From NCBI GenBank assembly GCA_046045965.1, contig JBJOKS010000012.1:74793-138792 (forward strand): a stretch of 64,000 nucleotides of DNA. The letters run 5' to 3'. Below the pieces are notes generated by a model that searched no databases, had not been told where the DNA came from, and saw only the letters and a list, made by a program, of their open reading frames with translations. Below are positions 21,954 through 32,030 of this stretch, piece after piece. Numbering within the stretch: the stretch's first letter is position 1; each line of letters begins with the position of its first letter. This stretch comes from Cyanobacteriota bacterium (GTDB taxonomy: Bacteria; Cyanobacteriota; Cyanobacteriia; Cyanobacteriales; Nostocaceae). Position numbers and translations under genes: made by a program.

Positions 21954-21982
21954 TCAACTCCTGATTTAAGGTTATCATTAAT

Positions 21983-22013
21983 CTTCCCCATGCCTAACAA
22001 GCAGGGGATTTTT
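21983..22013 (+). terminator. sodB terminator-like hairpin
   Basis: tcccc..tgc-loop-gcagggga followed by T-run. Confidence 0.6.
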
Positions 22014-22034
22014 CATGCAAAACCTCTCCTTTGC

Positions 22035-22175
22035 CTAGTGTTCCTGATCTTTAACTATTGGCGCAAGCAAAACCAGGACAACGATCAGAACCACGAAGGC
22101 CAGCGGGACAAGGAGGAACGAACATAAGAGGGTAAAAAAATTCCTCTTTTGGTGCTGCTTTAACTGTTTTACCAT
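22035..22175 (-). CDS. Putative 46-aa single-TM small protein (absent from the ORF track)
   Basis: MVKQLKQHQKRNFFTLLCSFLLVPLAFVVLIVVLVLLAPIVKDQEH*; AGGAAG 5 nt before the ATG. Confidence 0.4.
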   Translation of the reverse strand: MVKQLKQHQKRNFFTLLCSFLLVPLAFVVLIVVLVLLAPIVKDQEH

Positions 22176-22507
22176 CTCAACTTCCTATTCCTAATCCTTG
22201 TTAGTGATTCTTTGGATGTTGTTAGGAAACTGGAAGCCGTGTTGAGAAACTGTCCACATTGGTGATTGGGGACTGGTGACTGGTGACTGGTGACTGGTGA
22301 CTGGTGACTGGTGATTGGGTATTAACCTCCCCTGTTCCCTGTTCTGTTAAACTGATTGAGCATCAGCTTTGTGGCATAGACGATAGCTCATATTCCAAGA
22401 TGCAAAACACTGGAAATATAGCTCTTTGCAAAACTGACTAAAAGGTGGTTGGTTAATGTAGCATAGCTAAATGATTGTGTCAGCCACAAGATGATTGATT
22501 TTCCAAG

Positions 22508-25288
22508 ATGGTACAGACTAATAACTCAAAATCCGCACGCGAAATTTTTAATATCTCCAGATGGGCAATAAAATTTTCGTGGTTGACGGTGTGTTTTTGG
22601 ATCGGGGTGACAATAGCGGGTATTTTAGCTTTTAGTTCTCTAAAATACGCCTTATTCCCTGATATTACTTTTCCCGTGGTGGTGGTAAATGCTCAAGCAC
22701 CGCTAACTTCGGCTTTAGATACAGAAGAAAAGTTAACTAAACCAATAGAAGAAAGCCTCAAGTCCTTGGCAGGGCTGGAAAATACCCGTTCTTCCACTTA
22801 TCCGGGGCAAAGTGCTGTAAGCTTGTTGTTTGCAGTGGGGACAAATTTAGAAACTTCTACGGAAAATACTACAACTGCACTCAAGGGTTTAAAATTGCCT
22901 GAAGGAGCTAATTATAAGATTATTCCTTTAAACCTGAATGAGTCGTCAGTCATTAGTTATGCCATTGAAAGCGAGTCTGGTAGTTTGGATGATTTGCAGA
23001 AATTGGCAGATGAGAAAATTGTCCCGGCGATCGCCAAATTGCCAGGAGTTCTCAAAGTCTCACTGCTAGGCGCTCCACCAAAATCACCTCCTCTCAATCC
23101 TACCAATGCTACTGCGGCTTTACCTCAAGGGGGAGGAAATTTAGTTAGATTCAATGGTGAAGATGTACTAGCATTTCAAGTCATTAAACGTGGTGATGCT
23201 AACACTTTAGAAGTTGTCAGTCGTGTAGAGGAGGAAGTACAAAACCTGCGTTCTACTTTAAAAGATGTCAAACTTACCCTAGCGGCTACCCAAGCAGAAT
23301 ATATTCGCCAAGCTACCAAATCAACTATAGATGCGTTGATAGAAGCTATCATCTTGGCAGTTGTAGTAATTTTCCCATTTTTATGGAATTGGCGAGCTAC
23401 TTTAATTTCTGCTTTGGCAATTCCCACATCTTTGTTAGCGACGTTTATTGTGATGGCCGTTTTCGGCTTTAACCTGGAAACAATTACGTTGTTAGCTTTG
23501 GCTTTGGTTATTGGTAGCGTAATTGATGATGCCATCATTGATGTAGAAAACATCTTACGGCACATTGAAGAAGGGCAAAGTCCCCGCGAAGCTGCACACT
23601 TAGCTACTGATGAAATTGGCTTAACGGTTGTTGCTACAACTGCCACAGCTGTAGCAGTTTTCTTACCTATTGGTTTAATGGGTGGAGTAGTCGGGCAGTT
23701 TTTCGAGCCATTCGGGATCACGGTTTCGGCTTCTTATATTGCTTCTACATTAGTAGCTCGGACTTTATCACCTGTTTTATCTATTTATTGGCTTAAACCT
23801 GTTAAGAAAAATCCCCAGAACGGCGAAAAGAAAGTTACAAATAATTCTTGGGTAAGTCTGGCAAATATTGGGATTTATTTTACTGAAGCTTATCGCAATT
23901 TACTCTCTTGGTCTTTAAATCACCGGAAAATAGTTATTGCTTTAGCTGTACTCAGTTTTGTTGCGGGTATTGCTCTCACTCCTTTTATTCCCAAGGGTTT
24001 TATTCCTAAGTTAGATCGGGGTGAATTTAATATTACCTACACCGCACCTTTGCCTAAAATACCTGATTTGGCAGCATTACAGCAGTTAAGAAGCAGGGGA
24101 GCAGGGAGCAGGGAGCAGGGGGAAGGTAATTTTCCCCAGTCCCCAGTCCCCAATACCCAGTCCCCAGTCCCCAGTCCCCAGTCACAAATACCTATTCCTA
24201 ACCCTCTGAATGATTCTTTAGAGGTGGCGAAAAAACTGGAAGCGGAGGTGAGAAAATATCCAGATGTGGAAACTGTTTTTACTACTGTCGGTTCTCGTGG
24301 AGGTGAACCAAATAAGGGAACTCTCTATGTGAAACTGAAAAAAGACCGCACAATTAAAACCGCAGAATTACAAGATCAATTACGCCAAAGTTTGCCTAAA
24401 CTTCCTGGTGTGACTACCAGTGTGGAAGATATTCAATTTGTGGATACTGGTGGAGAAAAACCTTTACAGGTAGCACTTCGCGGTAATGATTTAAAAACTT
24501 TGAATCAAGCAGCTAAGTCTATTAAAGATCGGATTACGAAAATTCCAGGTTTTGCTGATGTTACAGTTACAGGAGACACAAATAACGCAGATCAGGTTTT
24601 TCAAATTGAACGACTCAACCAACAACGGGTAGCATACATCAGTGCTAACTTGGGTCAGGATTTAACTTTGGGTGATGCTACAGATAAAATAGTTGCAGAA
24701 GCAAAAGGCGTTTTACCTGCTGATATCACTTTAGGTTTAGGTGGAGATTCTGCCCGACAAAATGAGGTTTTTGGGAGTTTTATTTCCACTTTGATTTTAT
24801 CGGCTTTGTGTATCATTGTTGTGTTGATTTTACTGTTCAAAAGCTGGGTAGATCCTTTAGTAATTGGTGTTTCTTTACCTTTAGCTGTGGTGGGAGCGAT
24901 GTTAGCTTTACTCTTAACTAAGAGTGATTTTGGCATGATTTCTTTGATTGGTTTTGTGTTTTTACTGGGACTAGCAAATAAAAATGCTATTGTTTTGGTA
25001 GATTACATTAATCAGTTACGTCGATCAGGTTTAGAACGCACGGAAGCTATTCTCAAAGCAGGACCTGTCAGACTCAGACCGATTATGATGACTACTGTTT
25101 CTACGCTTTTAGGGATGTTACCGATCGCTTTGGGTTTTGGTGCAGGTTCTGAGTTGCGATCGCCTATGGCCGTTGCTATTGCTGGTGGTTTGGTGACTTC
25201 TACTATTCTCAGTTTAATTGTTGTCCCGGTTGTCTATGCAATTTTAGATGATTGGTTTCCCAGGAAGAAGGTGACAGTTGACAGGTGA
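22508..25288 (+). CDS. RND (AcrB/HAE1-like) permease with shortened periplasmic loops
   Basis: FPDITFPVV, DDAIIDVENI, KNAIVLVD and RLRPIMMTT; about 12 TM segments. Confidence 0.9.
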   Translation: MVQTNNSKSAREIFNISRWAIKFSWLTVCFWIGVTIAGILAFSSLKYALFPDITFPVVVVNAQAPLTSALDTEEKLTKPIEESLKSLAGLENTRSSTYPGQSAVSLLFAVGTNLETSTENTTTALKGLKLPEGANYKIIPLNLNESSVISYAIESESGSLDDLQKLADEKIVPAIAKLPGVLKVSLLGAPPKSPPLNPTNATAALPQGGGNLVRFNGEDVLAFQVIKRGDANTLEVVSRVEEEVQNLRSTLKDVKLTLAATQAEYIRQATKSTIDALIEAIILAVVVIFPFLWNWRATLISALAIPTSLLATFIVMAVFGFNLETITLLALALVIGSVIDDAIIDVENILRHIEEGQSPREAAHLATDEIGLTVVATTATAVAVFLPIGLMGGVVGQFFEPFGITVSASYIASTLVARTLSPVLSIYWLKPVKKNPQNGEKKVTNNSWVSLANIGIYFTEAYRNLLSWSLNHRKIVIALAVLSFVAGIALTPFIPKGFIPKLDRGEFNITYTAPLPKIPDLAALQQLRSRGAGSREQGEGNFPQSPVPNTQSPVPSPQSQIPIPNPLNDSLEVAKKLEAEVRKYPDVETVFTTVGSRGGEPNKGTLYVKLKKDRTIKTAELQDQLRQSLPKLPGVTTSVEDIQFVDTGGEKPLQVALRGNDLKTLNQAAKSIKDRITKIPGFADVTVTGDTNNADQVFQIERLNQQRVAYISANLGQDLTLGDATDKIVAEAKGVLPADITLGLGGDSARQNEVFGSFISTLILSALCIIVVLILLFKSWVDPLVIGVSLPLAVVGAMLALLLTKSDFGMISLIGFVFLLGLANKNAIVLVDYINQLRRSGLERTEAILKAGPVRLRPIMMTTVSTLLGMLPIALGFGAGSELRSPMAVAIAGGLVTSTILSLIVVPVVYAILDDWFPRKKVTVDR

Positions 25289-25360
25289 CAGGTGACAGGT
25301 GACAGGTGACAGGTGACAGTATTAGATCCTCGATTTTTTCAAGAAGTCGGCGATCTAATA

Positions 25361-25777
25361 TGTGTTATGATTTTGATTGTCAGAATCAGGATGTCCAGGA
25401 TTAAAAGATTTACAGGATTTTAGTCGCTGCAATTTCTCAGGACATCTAAAGATTAAAAAAAATTAAAAAATTAAAAAATTAAAAAATTAAAAAAAAATTC
25501 GTTTTTTGGGGTCTAACCCCGTTGACTTTTTTCTCTAGAACTGATATTCTGATAATGGGAATGCGTGCCTAAATAAAAATTTTGCTCACACTCCATTATA
25601 TTAATATGACTATATTACCACGTCGGCAGCGACCTGAACCCTAAAAAAACAAAATTTTTTGAAATTTCTCTTATCAAAAATCAATAAATCAATAAATTAA
25701 ACTTATGAATTGTAGAAAATCTCAGTTTTTTGCTACATCCTGTAAATCCTGAAATCTTGTAAATCCTGATTTTGATA
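25361..25777 (+). mobile_element. MITE-like element / long direct repeat copy 1, carrying a palindromic promoter
   Basis: Ends tgtcagaatcagga...tcctgattttgata; first ~355 bp nearly identical to 29300-29640. Confidence 0.8.
25522..25550 (+). promoter_or_regulatory. Sigma70-type promoter TTGACT-N17-TATTCT with extended -10 TG and AT-rich UP tract
   Basis: Near-consensus hexamers; the 17-bp spacing is conserved in copy 2. Confidence 0.65.
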
Positions 25778-25799
25778 ACAATTAATATTCGAGATTGCC

Positions 25800-28700
25800 A
25801 TGAAAAGTGAAGATCGTCAACGAGTAGAAATATTTCTTAAAAAGTGGAAAGGTTCACAGGGTAACGAGAGAGCAAATTATCAGGGTTTCTTTTTAGAACT
25901 TTGTGATGCTCTGGGGGTAGAACGTCCAGCACCTAAAGGAAGTATACCAGGCGATCGCTATTGTTTTGACAAAGATATCAAGATTTTTGACAAAGGTGGA
26001 GAAACTACCAACTTTGCAGACTTCTACAAAGAAGGACATTTTTTAATAGAAGCTAAACAAGGGGGAAACGCAGCTAAACGGGGTACTGCTAAACGGGGGA
26101 CAAAAACCTATGATATAGCAATGGAAAAAGCTTTTTATCAAGCTCAAAGCTATACACCTTTTCTACCAAGTAAACCTCCTTTTTTAATTACCTGTGATAT
26201 TGGTTCACATTTTGAAATTTGGGTAAGTTTTAGTGGTAATTATGGTGGTTATGGTGCGCGGGAAAAAATTGATCTTGATAAACTTTTAGATGAAAAAGTA
26301 TTTAATCGTTTCGTTGCGATATTTAATGATCCGCAAAGTTTAAACCCAGAAAAATATCGAGCGCGGGTAACAAGAGAAGTAGCGGATACCTTAGCTAAAT
26401 TAGCACGGTGGTTAGAACAACAAGGACACCAACCCAAAGAAGTCGCAAATTTCCTCATGCGCTGCATTTTTACCATGTTTGCAGAAGATGTGAAATTATT
26501 GAAAGGAGAAGTTTTTACTAAAGCTTTAAAAGAACGTTGGTTAGTTGAACCCAAGACATTTAAAACCCAGATTGAAAAACTTTGGAAAGTAATGAATACT
26601 GGGGGAGAATTTAACTTTGATGAAATTCCCCAATTTAATGGTAGCTTTTTTGCTGATGCGACAGCTTTTGATTTACCTAAAGAACAGTTAGAGGTTTTAT
26701 ATGAAGCTGCAAATAAAGATTGGACTGAGGTAGAACCGGCGATTTTTGGGACATTATTAGAAAGAGCTTTAGATAGTAAAGAACGTAAAAGTTTAGGAGC
26801 GCATTACACACCCCGATCCTATGTTGATCGGTTGGTGCGTCCGGTGGTAATAGAACCTTTGCGAGAAGAATGGTTATTAGTTGAATCAGAAGTTGATCGG
26901 TTTTTAACGCTCAAGGAAAAACAGCAAAAACCGACGAAAGCACAAATAGAAAAAGCTGAAAATGAAATTAGGGGATTTTTAGATAAATTACAACAAATTA
27001 GGATTCTTGATCCTGCTTGTGGTTCGGGTAACTTTTTGTATGTTACCTTAGACTTAATGAAAACATTGGAACAGGAAGTACAGATGCGCTTGCTGGATGT
27101 TTTGGGAAAGGTGACAACGAATTTATTAGAGGAATTTGATCCGCGTTTAGCAGGAAGAAAACAGGTTAACCCATCGCAATTTTTAGGGATTGAAATTAAT
27201 CCTAGAGCGGCCGCGATCGCGGAGTTAGTAATTTGGATTGGTTATTTACAATGGCATTTTAAACGCTATGGAAGTACACCACCTCCAGAACCGATTTTAC
27301 AGGATTTTCATAATATTGAATTTCGTGATGCGGTGTTAGATTATGATGGTAAGGAATTAGATATTGATCCGAAAACTTGTAAAGTGAAAACTCGCTGGGG
27401 TGGAAAAATGATCAAGCATCCTGTGACGGGTGAAGATGTTCCTGATGCGAGTGATCAAATTCCTATTTATCGTTATCTGAATCCTCGTCCTGCTAAATGG
27501 CCAGATGCAGATTATATTGTTTCTAATCCTCCTTTTATTGGTAAATTATATATGATTGAAAATTTAGGAGAAGGTTATGTAAAGACTATGCGTAATACTT
27601 ATAAAAATGAAGTTCCAGATAGCTGTGATTATGTTATGTATTGGTGGTATAAGGCTGCAAAATTAACCGCTACACAAAAAATTAACAGATTTGGTTTTGT
27701 TACCACTAATAGTATTACACAAACATTCAATCGGAGAGTAATTAGTGATGCTCTTACCTCAACACAACCAATTCATTTAATATTTGCAATTCCAGATCAT
27801 CCTTGGGTTGATACTCAAGATTCTGCATCTGTAAGAATTGCAATGACATCAGCAGCTTCAGGAAATGGAATTGGCAAATTATCTTTAGTAACATTAGAGA
27901 AAATTAACCCGATGGATGGTATAGCTGAAATTGAAACTATTACCAGTCATGGTTTAATTCAATCAGATATAAGAATTGGTATAGATATTGTTGGAGCTTT
28001 TTCATTAAAGTCTAACTATGGCCTTGCGGGGATGGGTGTCATGTTAGGAAATCGGGGGTTTTTAGTTGATGATAGTTATGAATTAGAAAATAATCACCCA
28101 TGCTTACGCTCTATAATTAATGGCAATGATGTACTCAAAATTCCTCGAAATTTACAAGTCATAGACTTTTTTAATCTCAGTATAGCTGAAGCACAAAAGC
28201 AAGCTCCTAAAGCTTTTCAACAAATATTGTTAAAAGTCAAACCAGAACGAGATACAAATAATCGTAAAACAAGAAAAGATAATTGGTGGTTGTTTGGGGA
28301 AAATATGCCTAAAACTCGTCAAGTTATAGCAGGTTTAAACCGTTATATTGTAACTGTAGAAACTTCAAAACATCGTGTTTTTATTTTTGTAGATAGTCAG
28401 GTTTTAGCAGAACATAAGTTAGTTGTCATTGGATTAAGTGATGCTTATTATTTGGGTGTTTTATCTAGCTATATTCATGTAGTTTGGGCTTTAGCTTCTG
28501 GTTCTCAGCGTGGAGTAACTCCTGTTTATCCAAAATCTATTTGCTTTGATAAATTCCCTTTCCCAGATCCTACAACAGAACAGAAACAGAAAATCCGAGA
28601 ATTAGGAGAAAGATTAGACTCGCACCGTAAAAGAGTACAAACACAACATCCCGAAATCACAATTACCGGAATGTATAACCTGCTTGAAAAACTCCGCAAA

Positions 28701-29246
28701 GGTGAAACATTTACCGCAGCAGATAAAACATATAATGATAAAGCTTTAGTTTCCACCCTCAAACAAATTCATGATGAATTAGATAACGCTGTTTTTGATG
28801 CTTATGGATGGCAAGATTTAAAAGATAATCAAAAAACAAAAGCCGAAATTGAAGAAATAATTTTAGAACGCTTAGTAACCCTCAATGCTGAACGTGCAGA
28901 AGAAGAACGTAACGGTATAATTCGCTGGTTGCGTCCTGAATATCAAGCACCAAATGAAGTTACTCAACAGGTACTAACGGAAGTCATGGAAACAGAAGCA
29001 ACCGTCATTATTCCCAGCGAACAAAGAACATTTCCCAAACAACCAAAAGAACAACTTGCAGCTATCCGCGACTTACTCCGCACCAATACCAGCGAGTGGA
29101 CTGTGGAACAAATTGCTGCTCAATTCAAAAATGGTGGAAAATACAAAAATGCCATTGTTGAAAATGTGGAAAGATTAGAATGGTTTGGAATTTTAATCTG
29201 TCGAGAAACCGGAGCAACTAAACGCTGGCAATATGTGGAAATATAG
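25800..29246 (+). CDS. MmeI-like Type IIL/IIG restriction-modification enzyme (nuclease-N6A methyltransferase-TRD)
   Basis: ADFYKEGHFLIEAK PD-(D/E)xK-like motif; GAHYTP; LDPACGSGNFL (motif I); NPPF (motif IV); FPFP and HDELD.AV..AYGW C-terminus. Confidence 0.9.
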   Translation: MKSEDRQRVEIFLKKWKGSQGNERANYQGFFLELCDALGVERPAPKGSIPGDRYCFDKDIKIFDKGGETTNFADFYKEGHFLIEAKQGGNAAKRGTAKRGTKTYDIAMEKAFYQAQSYTPFLPSKPPFLITCDIGSHFEIWVSFSGNYGGYGAREKIDLDKLLDEKVFNRFVAIFNDPQSLNPEKYRARVTREVADTLAKLARWLEQQGHQPKEVANFLMRCIFTMFAEDVKLLKGEVFTKALKERWLVEPKTFKTQIEKLWKVMNTGGEFNFDEIPQFNGSFFADATAFDLPKEQLEVLYEAANKDWTEVEPAIFGTLLERALDSKERKSLGAHYTPRSYVDRLVRPVVIEPLREEWLLVESEVDRFLTLKEKQQKPTKAQIEKAENEIRGFLDKLQQIRILDPACGSGNFLYVTLDLMKTLEQEVQMRLLDVLGKVTTNLLEEFDPRLAGRKQVNPSQFLGIEINPRAAAIAELVIWIGYLQWHFKRYGSTPPPEPILQDFHNIEFRDAVLDYDGKELDIDPKTCKVKTRWGGKMIKHPVTGEDVPDASDQIPIYRYLNPRPAKWPDADYIVSNPPFIGKLYMIENLGEGYVKTMRNTYKNEVPDSCDYVMYWWYKAAKLTATQKINRFGFVTTNSITQTFNRRVISDALTSTQPIHLIFAIPDHPWVDTQDSASVRIAMTSAASGNGIGKLSLVTLEKINPMDGIAEIETITSHGLIQSDIRIGIDIVGAFSLKSNYGLAGMGVMLGNRGFLVDDSYELENNHPCLRSIINGNDVLKIPRNLQVIDFFNLSIAEAQKQAPKAFQQILLKVKPERDTNNRKTRKDNWWLFGENMPKTRQVIAGLNRYIVTVETSKHRVFIFVDSQVLAEHKLVVIGLSDAYYLGVLSSYIHVVWALASGSQRGVTPVYPKSICFDKFPFPDPTTEQKQKIRELGERLDSHRKRVQTQHPEITITGMYNLLEKLRKGETFTAADKTYNDKALVSTLKQIHDELDNAVFDAYGWQDLKDNQKTKAEIEEIILERLVTLNAERAEEERNGIIRWLRPEYQAPNEVTQQVLTEVMETEATVIIPSEQRTFPKQPKEQLAAIRDLLRTNTSEWTVEQIAAQFKNGGKYKNAIVENVERLEWFGILICRETGATKRWQYVEI

Positions 29247-29299
29247 GAAAATGTCTGAATCAGGATTTCCAGGATTTAAGGATTTACAGGATGGTTGTT

Positions 29300-29759
29300 T
29301 GTGTTATAATTTTTTTGTCAGAATCAGGATGTCCAGGATTAAAGGATTTACACGATTTTAGTCGCTGCAATTTCTCAGGACAGCTAAAGATTAAAAAAAA
29401 ATTAAAAAATTAAAAAAAAATTCGTTTTTTGGGGTCTAAACCCGTTGACTTTTTTTTCTAGACCTGATATTTTGATAATGGGAATGCGTGCCTCGATAAA
29501 AATTTTGCTTACACTCCATTATATTAATATGACTATCTTACCACGTCGGCAGCGACCTGAACCCTAAAAAAACAAAATTTTTTGAAATTTTTCTTATCAA
29601 AAATCAATAATCAATAAATTAAACTTATTAATGATAGAAAGGAAAGGAATTTTTTGGGGAATAAATCCTGAAATATTATATTTTGAGTTCGTTACTTTGA
29701 GTTCGTTTAGTCACCGTAAATCCTGTATCCCTGACGGGAGGCGTAAGCCATTTCTGACA
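29300..29759 (+). mobile_element. MITE-like element / long direct repeat copy 2
   Basis: tgtcagaatcagga...ttctgaca; same internal sequence as copy 1 with fewer (ttaaaaaa) units. Confidence 0.8.
29445..29473 (+). promoter_or_regulatory. Sigma70-type promoter TTGACT-N17-TATTTT facing hpnA
   Basis: Homologous to 25522-25550. Confidence 0.55.
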
Positions 29760-29804
29760 ATATTACAATAACATAATTGAGGTTGAGGAGTGAGAGGTTA
29801 TTGA

Positions 29805-30791
29805 ATGCGGGCTTTTGTGACTGGTGGTACTGGTTTTGTAGGTTCTCACGTGGTGCGATCGCTGTTACAAGAAGGATACAAAGTTACAGCATTAGTACGT
29901 GGAAGTAGTAACCTGGGAAATCTGCGAGGATTAGAAATAGATATTGTCAAAGGTGATTTAAATGACCCGCATATCTGGAAACAGATGCAAAGTTGCAACT
30001 ATCTGTTTCATGTAGCTGCTCATTATTCTCTATGGCAAAAAGATCGGGATTTACTGTATCGTCATAATGTGGAAGGTACACGGAATATTTTAGCAGCAGC
30101 GCAAACAGCCGGAATTGAACGTACAGTTTATACCAGTTCTGTAGCAGCTATTGGAGTGGGAAAATCTGGAAAAGTGGTGGATGAAACTCATCAGAGTCCG
30201 GTAGAGAAGTTGGTGGGAGACTATAAAAAGTCTAAATTTTTGGCTGAACAAGTAGCAAAGGAAGCCGCAAAACAAGGACAAGATATAGTGATAGTTAATC
30301 CTAGCAGTCCTATTGGACCATTGGATATAAAACCCACACCAACCGGAGATATTATTCTGCGGTTTTTGCGGCGACAAATGCCGGCTTATGTGGATACCGG
30401 TTTAAACTTTATTGATGTGAGAGATGTAGCTAGGGGACATTTACTAGCTTTAGAAAAAGGAAAAACAGGCGATCGCTATATCTTAGGAAATCAAAATCTC
30501 AGTCTCAAACAACTGCTAGAAATACTATCCGACATCACAGGATTGAAAGCACCGCAAGTATCCCTACCAGCTTTCTTACCATTGAGTGTTGCTTGGATAG
30601 AAGAGAAAATTCTTGCACCGATAGGGAAAACTCCCACAGTTCCTATAGATGGTGTTCGCATGGCACAGCAACCAATGTATTATGATGCTTCCAAGGCCAT
30701 CCGCGAACTTAGTCTACCTCAGTCTTCTCTGAAGGTAGCACTCAAGGACGCTGTTGATTGGTTTGTGTCGAATGGATATGTGAACAGTTGA
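29805..30791 (+). CDS. hpnA: Hopanoid-associated sugar epimerase
   Basis: TGGTGFVG, YKKSK and KPTPTG; adjacent to hpnH. Confidence 0.92.
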   Translation: MRAFVTGGTGFVGSHVVRSLLQEGYKVTALVRGSSNLGNLRGLEIDIVKGDLNDPHIWKQMQSCNYLFHVAAHYSLWQKDRDLLYRHNVEGTRNILAAAQTAGIERTVYTSSVAAIGVGKSGKVVDETHQSPVEKLVGDYKKSKFLAEQVAKEAAKQGQDIVIVNPSSPIGPLDIKPTPTGDIILRFLRRQMPAYVDTGLNFIDVRDVARGHLLALEKGKTGDRYILGNQNLSLKQLLEILSDITGLKAPQVSLPAFLPLSVAWIEEKILAPIGKTPTVPIDGVRMAQQPMYYDASKAIRELSLPQSSLKVALKDAVDWFVSNGYVNS

Positions 30792-30895
30792 TAGTTGATA
30801 GTTGATAGTTAATAGTTTAGAGTTTGTACCAATTACCAATTACCAATTATCAATTACCAACTTAAGTGGTGTTATCAAAAGAGGAGAATAGTTAA

Positions 30896-31915
30896 ATGGC
30901 AATTAATCTACAACAAGCAATTGATATCGGAAAGTATTTAGTGACGCAACGTCTGTTAGGACGTAAACGCTTCCCATTAGTATTGATGTTAGAACCTCTT
31001 TTTCGTTGTAATTTAGCTTGTTCTGGTTGTGGAAAAATCCAACATCCTACAGAAGTTCTCAAACAAAATCTTACCCCAGAACAGTGTTTTGCAGCAGTAG
31101 AAGAATGTGGCGCACCTGTGGTTTCTATTCCCGGAGGAGAACCGTTATTACATCCACAAATTGATGAAATTGTTAGAGGTTTAGTAGAACGCAAGAAATA
31201 TGTTTACTTGTGTACCAATGGTTTGTTGTTAGAAAAAAGTCTCCATAAATTTCAACCTTCTCCTTATCTAAGTTTCAGCGTTCATTTAGATGGAATGCGG
31301 GAATGGCATGATAAATGTGTAGATAGAAAAGGCGTTTTTGATGTCGCTGTGCAAGCGATTCGCGCAGCTAAAGACAAAGGTTTTCGTGTCACTACCAACT
31401 CGACTATTTTTGAAGGTTGCGATGTCAAAGAAATGCAGGAATTTTTTGATTTTCTCGATACTTTAAAAGTTGATGGAATGATGATTTCTCCTGGTTACAG
31501 TTATGAATGGGCCCCAGATCAGGATCATTTTCTGCAACGAGAACAAACCCGCGCTTTATTTAGAGAAATTCTGGCACCTTACACATCTGGAAAGAAAAAC
31601 TGGAACTTTAATCACAACCCATTATTTTTAGATTTTCTCATTGGAGAGAAAGACTATGAATGCACTCCTTGGGGTAGTCCTAGTTATAGTGTTTTGGGTT
31701 GGCAAAAACCCTGTTATTTGTTGAATGAAGGTTATTATCAAACTTTCCAAGAATTGTTAGATGAGACTGATTGGAGTAAGTACGGACGCGCTAGTGGTAA
31801 TCCTAAATGTGCTGATTGTATGGTGCATTGTGGTTATGAACCAACCGCAGCGATGGATGCGATGCAACCGCAAAATATAGTCCGTTCTATGGGGACTGTG
31901 TTTGGTAGGGGGTAA
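30896..31915 (+). CDS. hpnH: Adenosyl-hopene transferase (radical SAM)
   Basis: [17 protein letters not shown]xxxCxxC motif; C-terminal [12 protein letters not shown]. Confidence 0.96.
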   Translation: MAINLQQAIDIGKYLVTQRLLGRKRFPLVLMLEPLFRCNLACSGCGKIQHPTEVLKQNLTPEQCFAAVEECGAPVVSIPGGEPLLHPQIDEIVRGLVERKKYVYLCTNGLLLEKSLHKFQPSPYLSFSVHLDGMREWHDKCVDRKGVFDVAVQAIRAAKDKGFRVTTNSTIFEGCDVKEMQEFFDFLDTLKVDGMMISPGYSYEWAPDQDHFLQREQTRALFREILAPYTSGKKNWNFNHNPLFLDFLIGEKDYECTPWGSPSYSVLGWQKPCYLLNEGYYQTFQELLDETDWSKYGRASGNPKCADCMVHCGYEPTAAMDAMQPQNIVRSMGTVFGRG

Positions 31916-31924
31916 TTTGAAAGT

Positions 31925-32030
31925 TGTCTGAATCAGGATGATCAGGATTCATGGATTTACAGGATGAAGGATGAATTTATTAATACTCAATCTTGTTAAT
32001 TTTCACATCTAGGAAATCCTGATTCAGACA
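31925..32030. mobile_element. Short MITE-like element, same family as 25378 and 29316
   Basis: Perfect 14-bp TIR tgtctgaatcagga/tcctgattcagaca. Confidence 0.8.

Noticed and set aside
25361..29640. Long AT-rich repeats as a CRISPR leader or attL/attR prophage ends
   Set aside because: No repeat-spacer array, integrase or phage genes. The copies differ at many positions, so a simple assembly duplication is also unlikely
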